Source: Polyangiaceae bacterium
GTDB lineage: Bacteria; Myxococcota_A; Polyangia; Polyangiales; Polyangiaceae
Assembly (NCBI GenBank): GCA_965222375.1
Contig: CBDCTZ010000015.1
Coordinates: 288,001 to 352,000, forward strand
Reading direction: 5' to 3'
DNA length: 64,000 nt
Below, one piece after another: positions 9,131 to 18,124 of the stretch. The notes under the pieces were generated by a model, which did no database searches, was not told the origin of the DNA, and worked only from the letters and a program-made list of their open reading frames with translations. How positions within the stretch are numbered: the stretch's first letter is position 1; every line of letters starts with the position of its first letter. Both the position numbers and the translations under genes were made by a program.

Positions 9131-10690
9131 ATGAGCCTCAAGGAACGCTTCTCCGAGAGCGGGAAAAAGATCCTTCAGAATCCGGCCGTTCTGCGCTGGA
9201 TGAGTGACGACCGGGTGATGAAGGCCGCCGAAGGCCTCATGGACGCTCCAGGCAGGATGAAGGCCGCTTGGCGGGTGCTGCTCAACGGGCACGACCTTCC
9301 GAACATAGACCCAGCACTCGACGAATCCATGGGCGAGGTTCCCAGCGCGACGACGCCGAGTGCCGCCACGCCAAGTGAGGCCAAAGCTCCGCCAGCCGCG
9401 AAGAAGCGCAACGGCGCCGCGCCGAGCCTGCAGGGCTCCGACGACATGAAGACCTCCCTGGCCCAGCGCAGCAGCTTGTCCGGCATTGGCGGCAAAGACG
9501 TCTTCGAGAAGTGCTACCAGTTCAAGGCGGCAGACAACGCCCGCAAGATGGGGATCTACCCCTTCTTCCGACCCTTGGACTTCAACGACGGCCCCGAAGC
9601 GCAGATCGATGGCAAGCGTGTGACCATGTTCGGGTCGAACAACTACCTCGGCCTCACCACCCATCCCAAAGTTCGCGAGGCGGCGAAGAACGCCATCGAT
9701 CGCTTCGGAACCAGCATGACGGGTTCTCGCCTCGTCAACGGCAGCATGAAGCTGCACGAGGAGTTCGAGGAAAAGCTCGCGGCTTGGTTCGGCAAAGAAG
9801 CCGCCTTGGTGTTCACGACGGGCTACCAGGTCAACATCGCCACGCTCTCCGCACTGCTCAGCAACAAGAAGAGCGTCGCAGTCATCGATCGCAACGTGCA
9901 CGCCTCCCTCTACGACGGGGTGCGCCTGGGCCAAGCCGCTGGCGCGCGCCTGGTCCGCTACAAGCACAACAACGCCGGCGCATTGGACCGAGCGCTTGCG
10001 AAGATCGAGGACGCCGAGGGCGCCATCGTCGTAACCGACGGTGTTTTCAGCGCTGAAGGCGAGATCGCCCACCTGGACGAACTCGTGCCAGTGGTGAAGA
10101 AGCACGGCGCCCGCGTTTTCGTGGACGACGCTCACGCCCTCGGTGTCATCGGCCCCGAGGGTCGCGGTACCGCGCATCACTTCGGGCTGTCGGACCAGGT
10201 CGACCTGATCGGCGGCACCTTCAGCAAGAGCTTCGCCAGCATTGGCGGCTGGCTCGTGGGCGAGGCCAAGGTGCTGGACTACATTCGCCACTTTGCCCCC
10301 AGCTTCATGTTCGCCGCCAGCGCCGCGCCGCCCAGTGTGGCAGCCGCGATGGCCGCTTTCGATGTCATGCGAGAAGAGCTCTGGCGCATCGAGAAGCTCC
10401 GCGACAACTACACCTACATGCGCGACGAACTCCGCAAGCTCGGTTTCGAGCTGGGTCACACGGAGACTGCCGTCATTCCGATCTACATTCGACAAGATCT
10501 GCGCACGATCATGATGTGGCGCGACCTGCTCGAGGACTACGGCGTGTACACGAACCCGTTCATCTCGCCCGGAGTGCCACCAAAGAGCGCCATGCTGCGC
10601 ACCAGCTACATGGCCACCCACGAGCGCGAGCACCTCGACCGAGGCCTCGAGGCTTTCGAAAAGGTCGGGAAGAAGTACGGGGTCATCTGA
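9131..10690 (+). CDS. spt: Serine palmitoyltransferase-like PLP alpha-oxoamine synthase with ~110-aa N-terminal extension
   Basis: GIYPFFR, FGSNNYLGLT, HASLYDG, DDAH, GTFSKS (PLP Lys) and LRTSYMATH match bacterial SPT better than BioF. Confidence 0.8.
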   Translation: MSLKERFSESGKKILQNPAVLRWMSDDRVMKAAEGLMDAPGRMKAAWRVLLNGHDLPNIDPALDESMGEVPSATTPSAATPSEAKAPPAAKKRNGAAPSLQGSDDMKTSLAQRSSLSGIGGKDVFEKCYQFKAADNARKMGIYPFFRPLDFNDGPEAQIDGKRVTMFGSNNYLGLTTHPKVREAAKNAIDRFGTSMTGSRLVNGSMKLHEEFEEKLAAWFGKEAALVFTTGYQVNIATLSALLSNKKSVAVIDRNVHASLYDGVRLGQAAGARLVRYKHNNAGALDRALAKIEDAEGAIVVTDGVFSAEGEIAHLDELVPVVKKHGARVFVDDAHALGVIGPEGRGTAHHFGLSDQVDLIGGTFSKSFASIGGWLVGEAKVLDYIRHFAPSFMFAASAAPPSVAAAMAAFDVMREELWRIEKLRDNYTYMRDELRKLGFELGHTETAVIPIYIRQDLRTIMMWRDLLEDYGVYTNPFISPGVPPKSAMLRTSYMATHEREHLDRGLEAFEKVGKKYGVI

Positions 10691-10694
10691 AACC

Positions 10695-11999
10695 ATGAGC
10701 TGTCGGCGCACGCACGGACCCTGGGTCACGGCGGCGCTCGCCGCTTCGGCGGTCACCCTCAGCGCTCCCCTCGCTCTCGCCAACGACGCAGAAGGCGGCG
10801 GCTGGTTTACAGCTGGCTACCTCTTCTCCACAGGCGACAGCCGCTCTCCGGCCACGGGCCACGGCGGCGAAGGAACCTACGTCTGGTACCCGAACGCAGA
10901 TGAAGCCACCTACGGCATCGGGGGCTTCGTACAGGCGCAGAGCTACAGCTCTCACGGCCGCTACGCCGTGGGCGGACAGGCCAACTACAGGTTCGTAGGC
11001 ATGGAACTCGGGTATTCGCTACGAGAGGCCCACGGCAAGTACACGAAGACCCACGGTCTGCAAATCGCTCCCTTCGCGTCCATCGGCGCCATCGCGCTTG
11101 GACTCCGAACCACGTGGCCCGTCACCGACAACGACAACAACAGTGGCTTCGAATACGCCTTCACCTTGGCACTGAAGCTCGGTGGCCCCCTTGGCGGGAA
11201 CACGCCAGACTTCATCAAGTTGAACATCCCGGCCGGCCGCCCATTGCGCGTAGACGGAGTGCTCCAGACCGCGGCCAGCTGTGCACGCGCGGACTGGCGA
11301 GCCCGACTGCGGCCTCAGCTCGCCCAGCTCAGCCTGGAGAAGCGAAATTGGCTGACTGCCCAATGGCTTGCAGACGCCCTGGATGAGCACTCTTCGATTG
11401 CCGCCTTCGAGCGCCTCGAGCGCGAGCTGCACGCCTTTGGAGCGGACGGCAGCTTGCGCGCTCGGGTGCGGCGCGCGGCGCGCGAGGAACGCAAACACGC
11501 GCGACTGTGTTTCGGCCTGGCCAGCACCTACGGCGGCACCGATCTTGGACCGTCCGAGGACTCCTTGCCCTCGGATGGTCCCGTGCGTTCACTGGAGCAG
11601 CTCGCAATCGAATGCGTGGTCGACGGTTGCATCGGCGAGGGCGCCGCTGCCCGAATAGCGAAACGCGTCGCTCGAAGCTGTCGAGACCCGGTCGTGCAGC
11701 GAGTGTTGAACACAATCGCCGTCGAAGAGGCGGAGCACGCAGAACTCGCCTGGCGCGTTCTAGACTTCCTGCGCAGCCTCGCGCCGAGCCGTGTGGACGC
11801 CCTCGCAGTGGCGGCCGCCCTCGATTCGCCCCTCGAAGCGCAAGTCCCCCGCGCAAAGACGCGAGGCCTGCACCTGGGCCGACCGACCCAGCACGTCATG
11901 CAGCAGTCCTACCGAGCGTCGCGTCGAGCCGTACTCACCCGCCTACGCCACGGCGCCGCCCGCCGCCTAACCCACACCCTCGCCGCAGACGCTGCGTGA
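10695..11999 (+). CDS. Secreted beta-rich domain fused to a ferritin-like diiron domain
   Basis: Signal peptide, aromatic beta-strand region, GRPL linker, then EHSSIAAF / EERKH / DGCIGE / EEAEH ligand pattern. Confidence 0.75.
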   Translation: MSCRRTHGPWVTAALAASAVTLSAPLALANDAEGGGWFTAGYLFSTGDSRSPATGHGGEGTYVWYPNADEATYGIGGFVQAQSYSSHGRYAVGGQANYRFVGMELGYSLREAHGKYTKTHGLQIAPFASIGAIALGLRTTWPVTDNDNNSGFEYAFTLALKLGGPLGGNTPDFIKLNIPAGRPLRVDGVLQTAASCARADWRARLRPQLAQLSLEKRNWLTAQWLADALDEHSSIAAFERLERELHAFGADGSLRARVRRAAREERKHARLCFGLASTYGGTDLGPSEDSLPSDGPVRSLEQLAIECVVDGCIGEGAAARIAKRVARSCRDPVVQRVLNTIAVEEAEHAELAWRVLDFLRSLAPSRVDALAVAAALDSPLEAQVPRAKTRGLHLGRPTQHVMQQSYRASRRAVLTRLRHGAARRLTHTLAADAA

Positions 12000-12126
12000 G
12001 CTCACGGGGAAAGAAGCCGCCACCTACTGCGGGCACGCCCACGCTTACGAGGACGCGGACGCCCACGTTCATGGGAGACGGGGACGTTGACGAGCCGCGT
12101 TCACGACGCGTTGGCAGAGACGAAAC

Positions 12127-12260
12127 CGTACCCGTACCCGTTCCTGCGTACCCGTACCCGTTCCTGCGTAGGCGTACCCGTTCTTGCGTAGGCGTATCCG
12201 TTCTTGCGTAGGCGTACCCGTTCTTGCGTAGGCGTCCCCTTTCTCGCATAGGCGCCCCCG
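12127..12260. repeat. 20-bp tandem repeat (about 6.5 copies), consensus GGCGTACCCGTTCTTGCGTA
   Basis: Exact 20-nt period in the intergenic space between convergent genes. Confidence 0.95.
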
Positions 12261-12281
12261 TCGCCCCAGCTAGGCCTTTCG

Positions 12282-12330
12282 CGAGAGTAGGGGCCCAGCG
12301 TGCCCCATCGAACCGACCCCAAAAACCAAA
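12282..12330 (-). repeat. Dispersed bipartite motif, copy A
   Basis: Minus strand TTTGGTTTTTGGGGTCG-N23-CTACTCTCG. Confidence 0.75.
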
Positions 12331-12346
12331 ACGATGAGGGCCGGCT

Positions 12347-14155
12347 TCAGCCGCCGTTGGGTTGGCCCATGCGCAGGGGACCACCCCGTGCCGTGGACCA
12401 GAGCATGCAGTTTTCGCTGGAGCCGGGCACGGTGAAGATGTCCATGCCGTGTTCGAAGGTCTGCACGAAGATCTCCAACTGTCCGTCACCGTCGACGTCG
12501 GCAATGGCCGGCGCTGCGGGAGCTCCGTTGCCGTTTCCGTTCTTGCCTGGGTTGGGTAGAGGCACGTCGTGAAGGAGCGAGCCATCAGCGCCGAGAATGA
12601 TCAAGTGGCCCGAATCGAGCACGTCGGGATCGCCATAGGTGGCAAACACCACTTCCGGAGAGCCATCTTGATTCAGATCGACGACTGTGGCCTCGGTGGC
12701 AAACATGATCTTCTTGCCGAAGCGATGGTCGAAGCGCCAAAGCTCCTTGGCGCCCGCGTCGAAGGCGTACATGTGTCCGTCGTTGAGGGGCACGACGATC
12801 TCGGGCATCGCGTCCCCTTGCAGGTTCACCGTCGTCGGCGCCGGCACGCCCCCGGGTGGGTAGTAGCCGCTCACACTGATGGGCGCGCCGCCCCGGGGCA
12901 GAGTTTCCCAGCCGGCTTTTCGCATGGCTGAGCGGCTGCCGTCCCCGTGGGCGCTCTCGAGGGCCATGATTGCGTAGGCCTGGGTCTCGTAGGGTTCGTT
13001 CTTTTCGACGTTGGGCACGCCGACGACCTCGTTCTTACCATCGCCATCAAGGTCGACGACATTCGGCGGCGACGCCGTCCATTGCAGCCACTCTTGGGCC
13101 TTGGGGTGCGGCCACTCGCCGGTGTGCTTGTTGTAGTGATCCTCTTCGACCTTCGGATCGGCCCAACGGATGAACTGCCCCCAGGTCAGGCGTTGGTCCT
13201 TGTGGTCCTTGGAGCGATTCTTGAAGTAGGGCGCCGCGTCGATGCTCACGCCGTCGTGCTTGAAAGCCTGAATGTGATGGTTGTCGTAGGTGACGAGAAC
13301 TTCGAGATCCGGACTGTCGTCGATGTTGCCGATGCCAACGTTCAAACCGTAGCAACCGTAGCCGCTATGCCCCTGGCCGTTGCGGTCCGCGTCGTTGCCC
13401 TCGCCACCGGCGTTGTTGTAGCGGGGCCAGGCGGACCAAGAGATACCGGCGGGTTGATGCAGCTGCCCGTTAGCCGAATACACGAATACCTGCGCCCCAC
13501 CCTTTTCCGTACTCGCGGTCTGGGTCGTCGTCGCGACAATCTCCAGCGTGCCATTGCCGTCCAGGTCCCCGGCGGCCAAGCCACGCACCTCCGGCGCATT
13601 GCCCGCCGTGGTCGTATCTACGGGGAAGCCACTCTTCATCGCCAGAGCGCCGCCCTTCCACTCGTAGGCGAACACTTTGGAGTCGTTGCCGAATACGATC
13701 TCCGTGGCTCCATCCCCTTCCAGGTCGGCAACCACATGGGGCGCGTAGATGCGTCCATCCCCGTCTTCGGCCTTGTCCAGAACCGCGCCGCTCGCATCGA
13801 GAACGTACAGGGAATAGTAGGCAGCGATGATCTCGCGTTTTCCATCGCCATCCAGGTCCTGGATGATGGGCGAGGCATACCAGCTCGTCTGGCCCTTCAC
13901 ATTGCGGACGAAAGTCGGTGCTTGAACTTCGCCAGCACTGGTGCCCTTGTCGCAGGTCGGGTTGCGCGTGCCGCCGGTCGTGCTGCCACCACCTGTTCCC
14001 GTCGTGGCTCCCGTACCGGGATTGGCGCCGGTTCCTGTCGCGCCGCCGCTGCCGCTCGCCCCACCACCCGAGTCGTCATCGCCTCCACAGGAGGCAAAGG
14101 CTAGCGCGAGTGCGAATACGCCCACGCCGCGGAGCAACAAGCGAACATCCCTCAT
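12347..14155 (-). CDS. FG-GAP/VCBS-repeat lipoprotein
   Basis: FAS-C lipobox, Gly linker, repeated DLDGDGxxEI Ca-binding blades. Confidence 0.88.
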   Translation of the reverse strand: MRDVRLLLRGVGVFALALAFASCGGDDDSGGGASGSGGATGTGANPGTGATTGTGGGSTTGGTRNPTCDKGTSAGEVQAPTFVRNVKGQTSWYASPIIQDLDGDGKREIIAAYYSLYVLDASGAVLDKAEDGDGRIYAPHVVADLEGDGATEIVFGNDSKVFAYEWKGGALAMKSGFPVDTTTAGNAPEVRGLAAGDLDGNGTLEIVATTTQTASTEKGGAQVFVYSANGQLHQPAGISWSAWPRYNNAGGEGNDADRNGQGHSGYGCYGLNVGIGNIDDSPDLEVLVTYDNHHIQAFKHDGVSIDAAPYFKNRSKDHKDQRLTWGQFIRWADPKVEEDHYNKHTGEWPHPKAQEWLQWTASPPNVVDLDGDGKNEVVGVPNVEKNEPYETQAYAIMALESAHGDGSRSAMRKAGWETLPRGGAPISVSGYYPPGGVPAPTTVNLQGDAMPEIVVPLNDGHMYAFDAGAKELWRFDHRFGKKIMFATEATVVDLNQDGSPEVVFATYGDPDVLDSGHLIILGADGSLLHDVPLPNPGKNGNGNGAPAAPAIADVDGDGQLEIFVQTFEHGMDIFTVPGSSENCMLWSTARGGPLRMGQPNGG

Positions 14156-14202
14156 GACGAACCTCCAGAAGAAGCGTTCATGATAGCAGCCGGCGACTGC
14201 CT

Positions 14203-14973
14203 TTAGTTGGCCAGGAGCAAGAGCGCCCCGACCACCAAGTACCACTCGGGCTCGAAGTAACCCAGGAGCACCCAGATCCCCGCTTGCATGGTCAAGATCC
14301 CGGCTGCGGCGTAAACCCGCACACTGGGAAAAACGAAGCCAATCGCGCCGATTTCCATCATCAAACCGAAAACACCCACAACCAATCCGACGGCGCTGGA
14401 GCGCGCAACTACATGGCGTGCACTTCGGATGAAACGTGGTCCGGTGTAGGCGCGCTCAGCGATGAGTAGCGCGTGATGATGGGACCGCATCCAGTCCCAG
14501 CCAGTGAGGCGCAGCTTGGCGATCGCCGACAGCACGTAGGCGCCACCGATCACACCGCAGGCAGCGTGCCAACCCAAAACGTCCGCGCGCGCTGGTGGTT
14601 CTCCAAGCTGCCGGGCGATTTGAGACGCCACGAGCCATGCGCTCAAGGCGGCGCCCGCCGGCACGTACTTGCCCAACCGCACCACGATGTCGTCGGGCCA
14701 ATCGGCGATCTCGATGCGACGAATGATCATCAAGAACGCGATCACCCCCAGCGCGGCAAGGCGGGGCCACACCCCCGACGCAAAGCAATAGACCAGTGCG
14801 AGGAAGGGAAGTGTCGCCACGACGAGCAGGACTACACGCCGGCGTCGCGTCGGGGGGCCAAACATTTCGAGTCGCATGGCGTAAACCGGACGATCCGACC
14901 ACGCGATGTGCATCGCGGAGTTTGCCCAGGACAAGAGCAACGCCAAGCTGAGTACGGCAAGCTCCCAGCTCAT
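14203..14973 (-). CDS. HTTM-like multi-pass membrane protein
   Basis: About 7 TM helices; YVLSAIAKLRLTGWDW resembles the HTTM Y..S...KL...G..W motif. Confidence 0.6.
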   Translation of the reverse strand: MSWELAVLSLALLLSWANSAMHIAWSDRPVYAMRLEMFGPPTRRRRVVLLVVATLPFLALVYCFASGVWPRLAALGVIAFLMIIRRIEIADWPDDIVVRLGKYVPAGAALSAWLVASQIARQLGEPPARADVLGWHAACGVIGGAYVLSAIAKLRLTGWDWMRSHHHALLIAERAYTGPRFIRSARHVVARSSAVGLVVGVFGLMMEIGAIGFVFPSVRVYAAAGILTMQAGIWVLLGYFEPEWYLVVGALLLLAN

Positions 14974-15380
14974 GACGCAATCGTCGCTGTGCCCTCGGAA
15001 ACGGGGCGCAGGGTCTCCTCAATCTGGCCATCCGGCAACACGCGAAGCATTCGGTACCCCGCTTCGACCTGCGTGCCCTTCGCTGGGGGCTCCGAGGTCG
15101 TTCGCGCGTTGAGCAGGCGCTGCACCTCGTACACGATCCACTGCTGAGAGCACGGCACGCGGGTAGGATCCAACGCTTCCACGTCCATGCCCCAGAGCGC
15201 CTGGATCTGCTCGGGTTCCAGAAAGCGGTCACCCGCGCGCAGATACAGCACCGCCCCTTCGCTTCGGTCTTTCAGCGCGGCGTACATCAAGTAGCGGGAG
15301 AACGGAAAACGCTCTCCCACGATCAGCGAGATGACCACATATGCGACCAGCGCCGCCGCGGCATAGGCGATCTCGTGCAT
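14970..15380 (-). CDS. Small single-TM protein coupled to the HTTM-like gene
   Basis: N-terminal TM then FPFSRYLMYA; ATGA overlap with the downstream gene. Confidence 0.7.
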   Translation of the reverse strand: MHEIAYAAAALVAYVVISLIVGERFPFSRYLMYAALKDRSEGAVLYLRAGDRFLEPEQIQALWGMDVEALDPTRVPCSQQWIVYEVQRLLNARTTSEPPAKGTQVEAGYRMLRVLPDGQIEETLRPVSEGTATIAS

Positions 15381-15468
15381 CCAGCGGATTATGCCTGCTC
15401 TGGCGCAGTGCGCCCAGTCGCCGGGAGAGGACTGCGGCCCGGCTATCGGCTATCGTTTGTGCGTCGTG

Positions 15469-17034
15469 ATGGACTTGACCAACGCGGTGCTCGGCGGGGA
15501 CTTCCGCGTCGAGCGGCCCCTTGCCGAGGGCGGCATGGGCGGCGTCTATCTTGCGCAGCAGCTGTCCACCGGGTTGCCACGAGCACTGAAGGTCATGCAC
15601 CCGACGCTGGTCTCGGATCCGGCGATGCGAGATCGCTTCGCTCAAGAGGCTCGCATCGGCGGCACCGTACCCAGCGAGCATGTGGTGCAGGTCATCGCAG
15701 CGGGCATCGATACGAACTTGGGCGTGCCGTGGCTGGCGATGGAGCTCTTGGATGGCGAGGACCTTGCCGCCCTCAGCGCACGCCGGGGCGCCCTGCCTTT
15801 GACGGAGGTTGTTCCGATCTTCCGGCAGCTGTGTCACGCCTTGGGGGCGGCGCACTCGGTCGGGATCGTGCATCGCGACGTGAAACCGGAAAACGTGTTT
15901 CTGGCCAATGTGAAGAGCTCCTCTTCGACCTGGCAGCTCAAGGTTCTGGACTTTGGCATCGCCAAGCTCGCAGCCAACGCCCAGAGCGGCACCCGAGGTT
16001 TGGGCACTCCCCTGTGGATGGCACCGGAGCAGACCGAGTCACAAACTCCGTCGCCCGCGGCGGACGTGTGGTCCTTGGGCTTGCTCGCGTTCTACCTGCT
16101 CAGCGGAGGCAAGTCGTACTGGCGCACGGCGGATGGCCCCGCGTCGGGGCTGAGCGCCTTGATGCGAGAGATCTTGATCGACCCCCTGCCGCCAGCAAGC
16201 GTGCGGGCCGCGGAACTTGGCGTCGCCCTTCCGCCCGGATTCGATGCCTGGTTTTCGCGAACCGTCGTACGCGAGCCCCACCAGCGGTACGGCGACGCAC
16301 ATCAGGCATTCAGCGCGTTGGAAATGCTGGGCCAAGGCACGCAACCCACGGTGGTCAACGCCAGCAGCATGCCCAGCCACGTGAGCGTGTCGCCGGTGTC
16401 CGGCAACACCACCGGGACAACAGCGCCGAAGAAGTCCAAGGCGCCGCTGTTCATCGCCCTGGGCTTGGGCGTATTCGCCTTGGGCAGCGTGGCCCTCGCC
16501 CTCGGTGGCTTCGCCTTCGCCCTTCAGGACGAGATCGGCGATCTGGCGGGTGCAACCTCGCCCACTCCCACGGCGAGCAGCACCGCCAGCGCGCAACCAG
16601 CGGCTGCATCCACCGGGCAAGACCCACCTGCCGAAACGGCTCCAACGACAGAATCCGACGAACCACCGGAAAACACCGAGCCGTCGAAGACCGCCAAGCA
16701 GGCGCACAAGCGCCCCAGCGAATCCGCTGCTACCAAGCCGAAGAAACCGGAACTCCAGCCCATCAATCGCGCCGCTGTTCAAGCCAAGGTCGATGCCGCC
16801 GCCGCCTCGGCAGCGACCATCTGCGCGAGCAAGAAAGCGCCTGATGCATCCGTCGAAACCTACTCAGGTTCTCGTGGCTTCCGCCCGGACGGGACGTACA
16901 CTCTATCGTCCAGAGGTGTGGGCGGTTCGAAACCCTGCGTTACCAAGATAATGCGCGCCGTTACCGTGGGAAAGTACAAGCATGATCAGGAGTGGCATGT
17001 GGAGGTTTTCAAGTGGTCCGTAACCGTCAAGTGA
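15469..17034 (+). CDS. Membrane Ser/Thr protein kinase
   Basis: GGMGGVY, ALK, HRDVKPEN, DFG, GTPLWMAPE, DVWSLG; TM helix; extracellular C-terminal domain. Confidence 0.95.
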   Translation: MDLTNAVLGGDFRVERPLAEGGMGGVYLAQQLSTGLPRALKVMHPTLVSDPAMRDRFAQEARIGGTVPSEHVVQVIAAGIDTNLGVPWLAMELLDGEDLAALSARRGALPLTEVVPIFRQLCHALGAAHSVGIVHRDVKPENVFLANVKSSSSTWQLKVLDFGIAKLAANAQSGTRGLGTPLWMAPEQTESQTPSPAADVWSLGLLAFYLLSGGKSYWRTADGPASGLSALMREILIDPLPPASVRAAELGVALPPGFDAWFSRTVVREPHQRYGDAHQAFSALEMLGQGTQPTVVNASSMPSHVSVSPVSGNTTGTTAPKKSKAPLFIALGLGVFALGSVALALGGFAFALQDEIGDLAGATSPTPTASSTASAQPAAASTGQDPPAETAPTTESDEPPENTEPSKTAKQAHKRPSESAATKPKKPELQPINRAAVQAKVDAAAASAATICASKKAPDASVETYSGSRGFRPDGTYTLSSRGVGGSKPCVTKIMRAVTVGKYKHDQEWHVEVFKWSVTVK

Positions 17035-18089
17035 AGACACTGCTGACCTGCGCGTGCCTGGGGTTCACCCTCGCGCTGCCCGGCGTCGCCGAAGCAGCGT
17101 GCACCATTGGAACAACCATCACCGTCGACAACGACACCCCCGGCAGCGGCTACTCAGAAGACAAGCCTCAGAACTGGGTCGCGAACAGCGTATCTGCCTG
17201 CCAAGGCACCTATCGCTATCTCTCGCATACCGTCGGAGACGGCACCCGCAAGGACAAGGCCACCTGGAAGCCGAAGATCACCGAAGCAGGCTATTACGAA
17301 GTCACGACCAGCTTCCGCGCCACGGAAAACCGCACCACCGACGCGGACTACGTGCTCTACGACGACAAGGGTAGCTCCACGAAAAAGGTCGTCAACCAGA
17401 AGCAGGGCAGCGGTTGCACCAAGGTCGTGATCGGCACGGCCTATTGCGCCGTCGGCGGCAATTGTCGCCTCGTCTTGGACGGCACCGACGACGGCCAGAG
17501 CGACTCCACAGACGTGACCACCTTCAAGCTCGTCAGCTGCGACGCCCAGCCCGACGCTGGCCCGCCCGGCAACTGCGCTGGCATCACGAACAACCCGGCC
17601 TACGAACTCTGTGACTCGAGCCCCACCACCTGCGCCGGCGTGTATACGGATGGCTCGGGCTGCACCGCGTTCTGTGCAGCCGCGGGCATGACCTGCGCCG
17701 CTCGCTTCGGCGGCGAGCCGGGTTGCCAAAAGGAAGCCAACAACCCCATCCCGTGTGGAGCCACCAACGGGCACGGTTCCGACTATTGCGAATGCGTGGG
17801 CAGCGCACCTCCGGACGCGGGCACGGCGGGTAGCGGCGGCGCTCAAGGTGGCAGCACCGGGCAGGGCGGCGCAGAGCCCGGTGGAGCCGGTGGCCAAGCT
17901 GGGCTCGGTTTCGCCGGCGGTGGCGCCACACTGAACTTGGGCGGCAGCGATGCGAGCCCCACGCCTCGGGGCGCGGCTATCACCGACGATGAGGGCGGAT
18001 GTAGCTGCCGGGTGGTCCACGATCCGAGCTCGAACGCCTGGATCGCGCTGGCCCTCGGCGGTTTGCTCTGGCTGCGCCGCCGCAGTTGA
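17031..18089 (+). CDS. MYXO-CTERM surface protein with golvesin/Xly C-terminal-like (CBM-like) domain
   Basis: ITVDN...ATWKP.I..AGYYEV...NR..DA.Y...VNQ; Cys-rich domain; C-terminal GGCSC...WIALALGGLLWLRRRS. Confidence 0.85.
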   Translation: MKTLLTCACLGFTLALPGVAEAACTIGTTITVDNDTPGSGYSEDKPQNWVANSVSACQGTYRYLSHTVGDGTRKDKATWKPKITEAGYYEVTTSFRATENRTTDADYVLYDDKGSSTKKVVNQKQGSGCTKVVIGTAYCAVGGNCRLVLDGTDDGQSDSTDVTTFKLVSCDAQPDAGPPGNCAGITNNPAYELCDSSPTTCAGVYTDGSGCTAFCAAAGMTCAARFGGEPGCQKEANNPIPCGATNGHGSDYCECVGSAPPDAGTAGSGGAQGGSTGQGGAEPGGAGGQAGLGFAGGGATLNLGGSDASPTPRGAAITDDEGGCSCRVVHDPSSNAWIALALGGLLWLRRRS

Positions 18090-18124
18090 CAGGAGCGCGC
18101 CGGCCGGCCTTCACTCGCGCCGTC

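Noticed and set aside
9131..10690. bioF (8-amino-7-oxononanoate synthase) call
   Set aside because: GTFSKS and GIYPFFR motifs, no other bio genes, and nearby bCerS/CerR-like genes favour SPT; not formally excluded
9101..10783. Long antisense or alternate-frame ORFs (e.g. 9101..10783-, 15375..16844+, 56636..58117-)
   Set aside because: Shadows of real genes in high-GC DNA; Arg/Ala-rich with no motifs
12127..12260. Possible CRISPR array
   Set aside because: Contiguous 20-bp units with no unique spacers and no cas genes in the window
11935..12585. 216-aa ORF across the minisatellite
   Set aside because: Overlaps genes at both ends; repetitive translation arises from the 20-bp repeat
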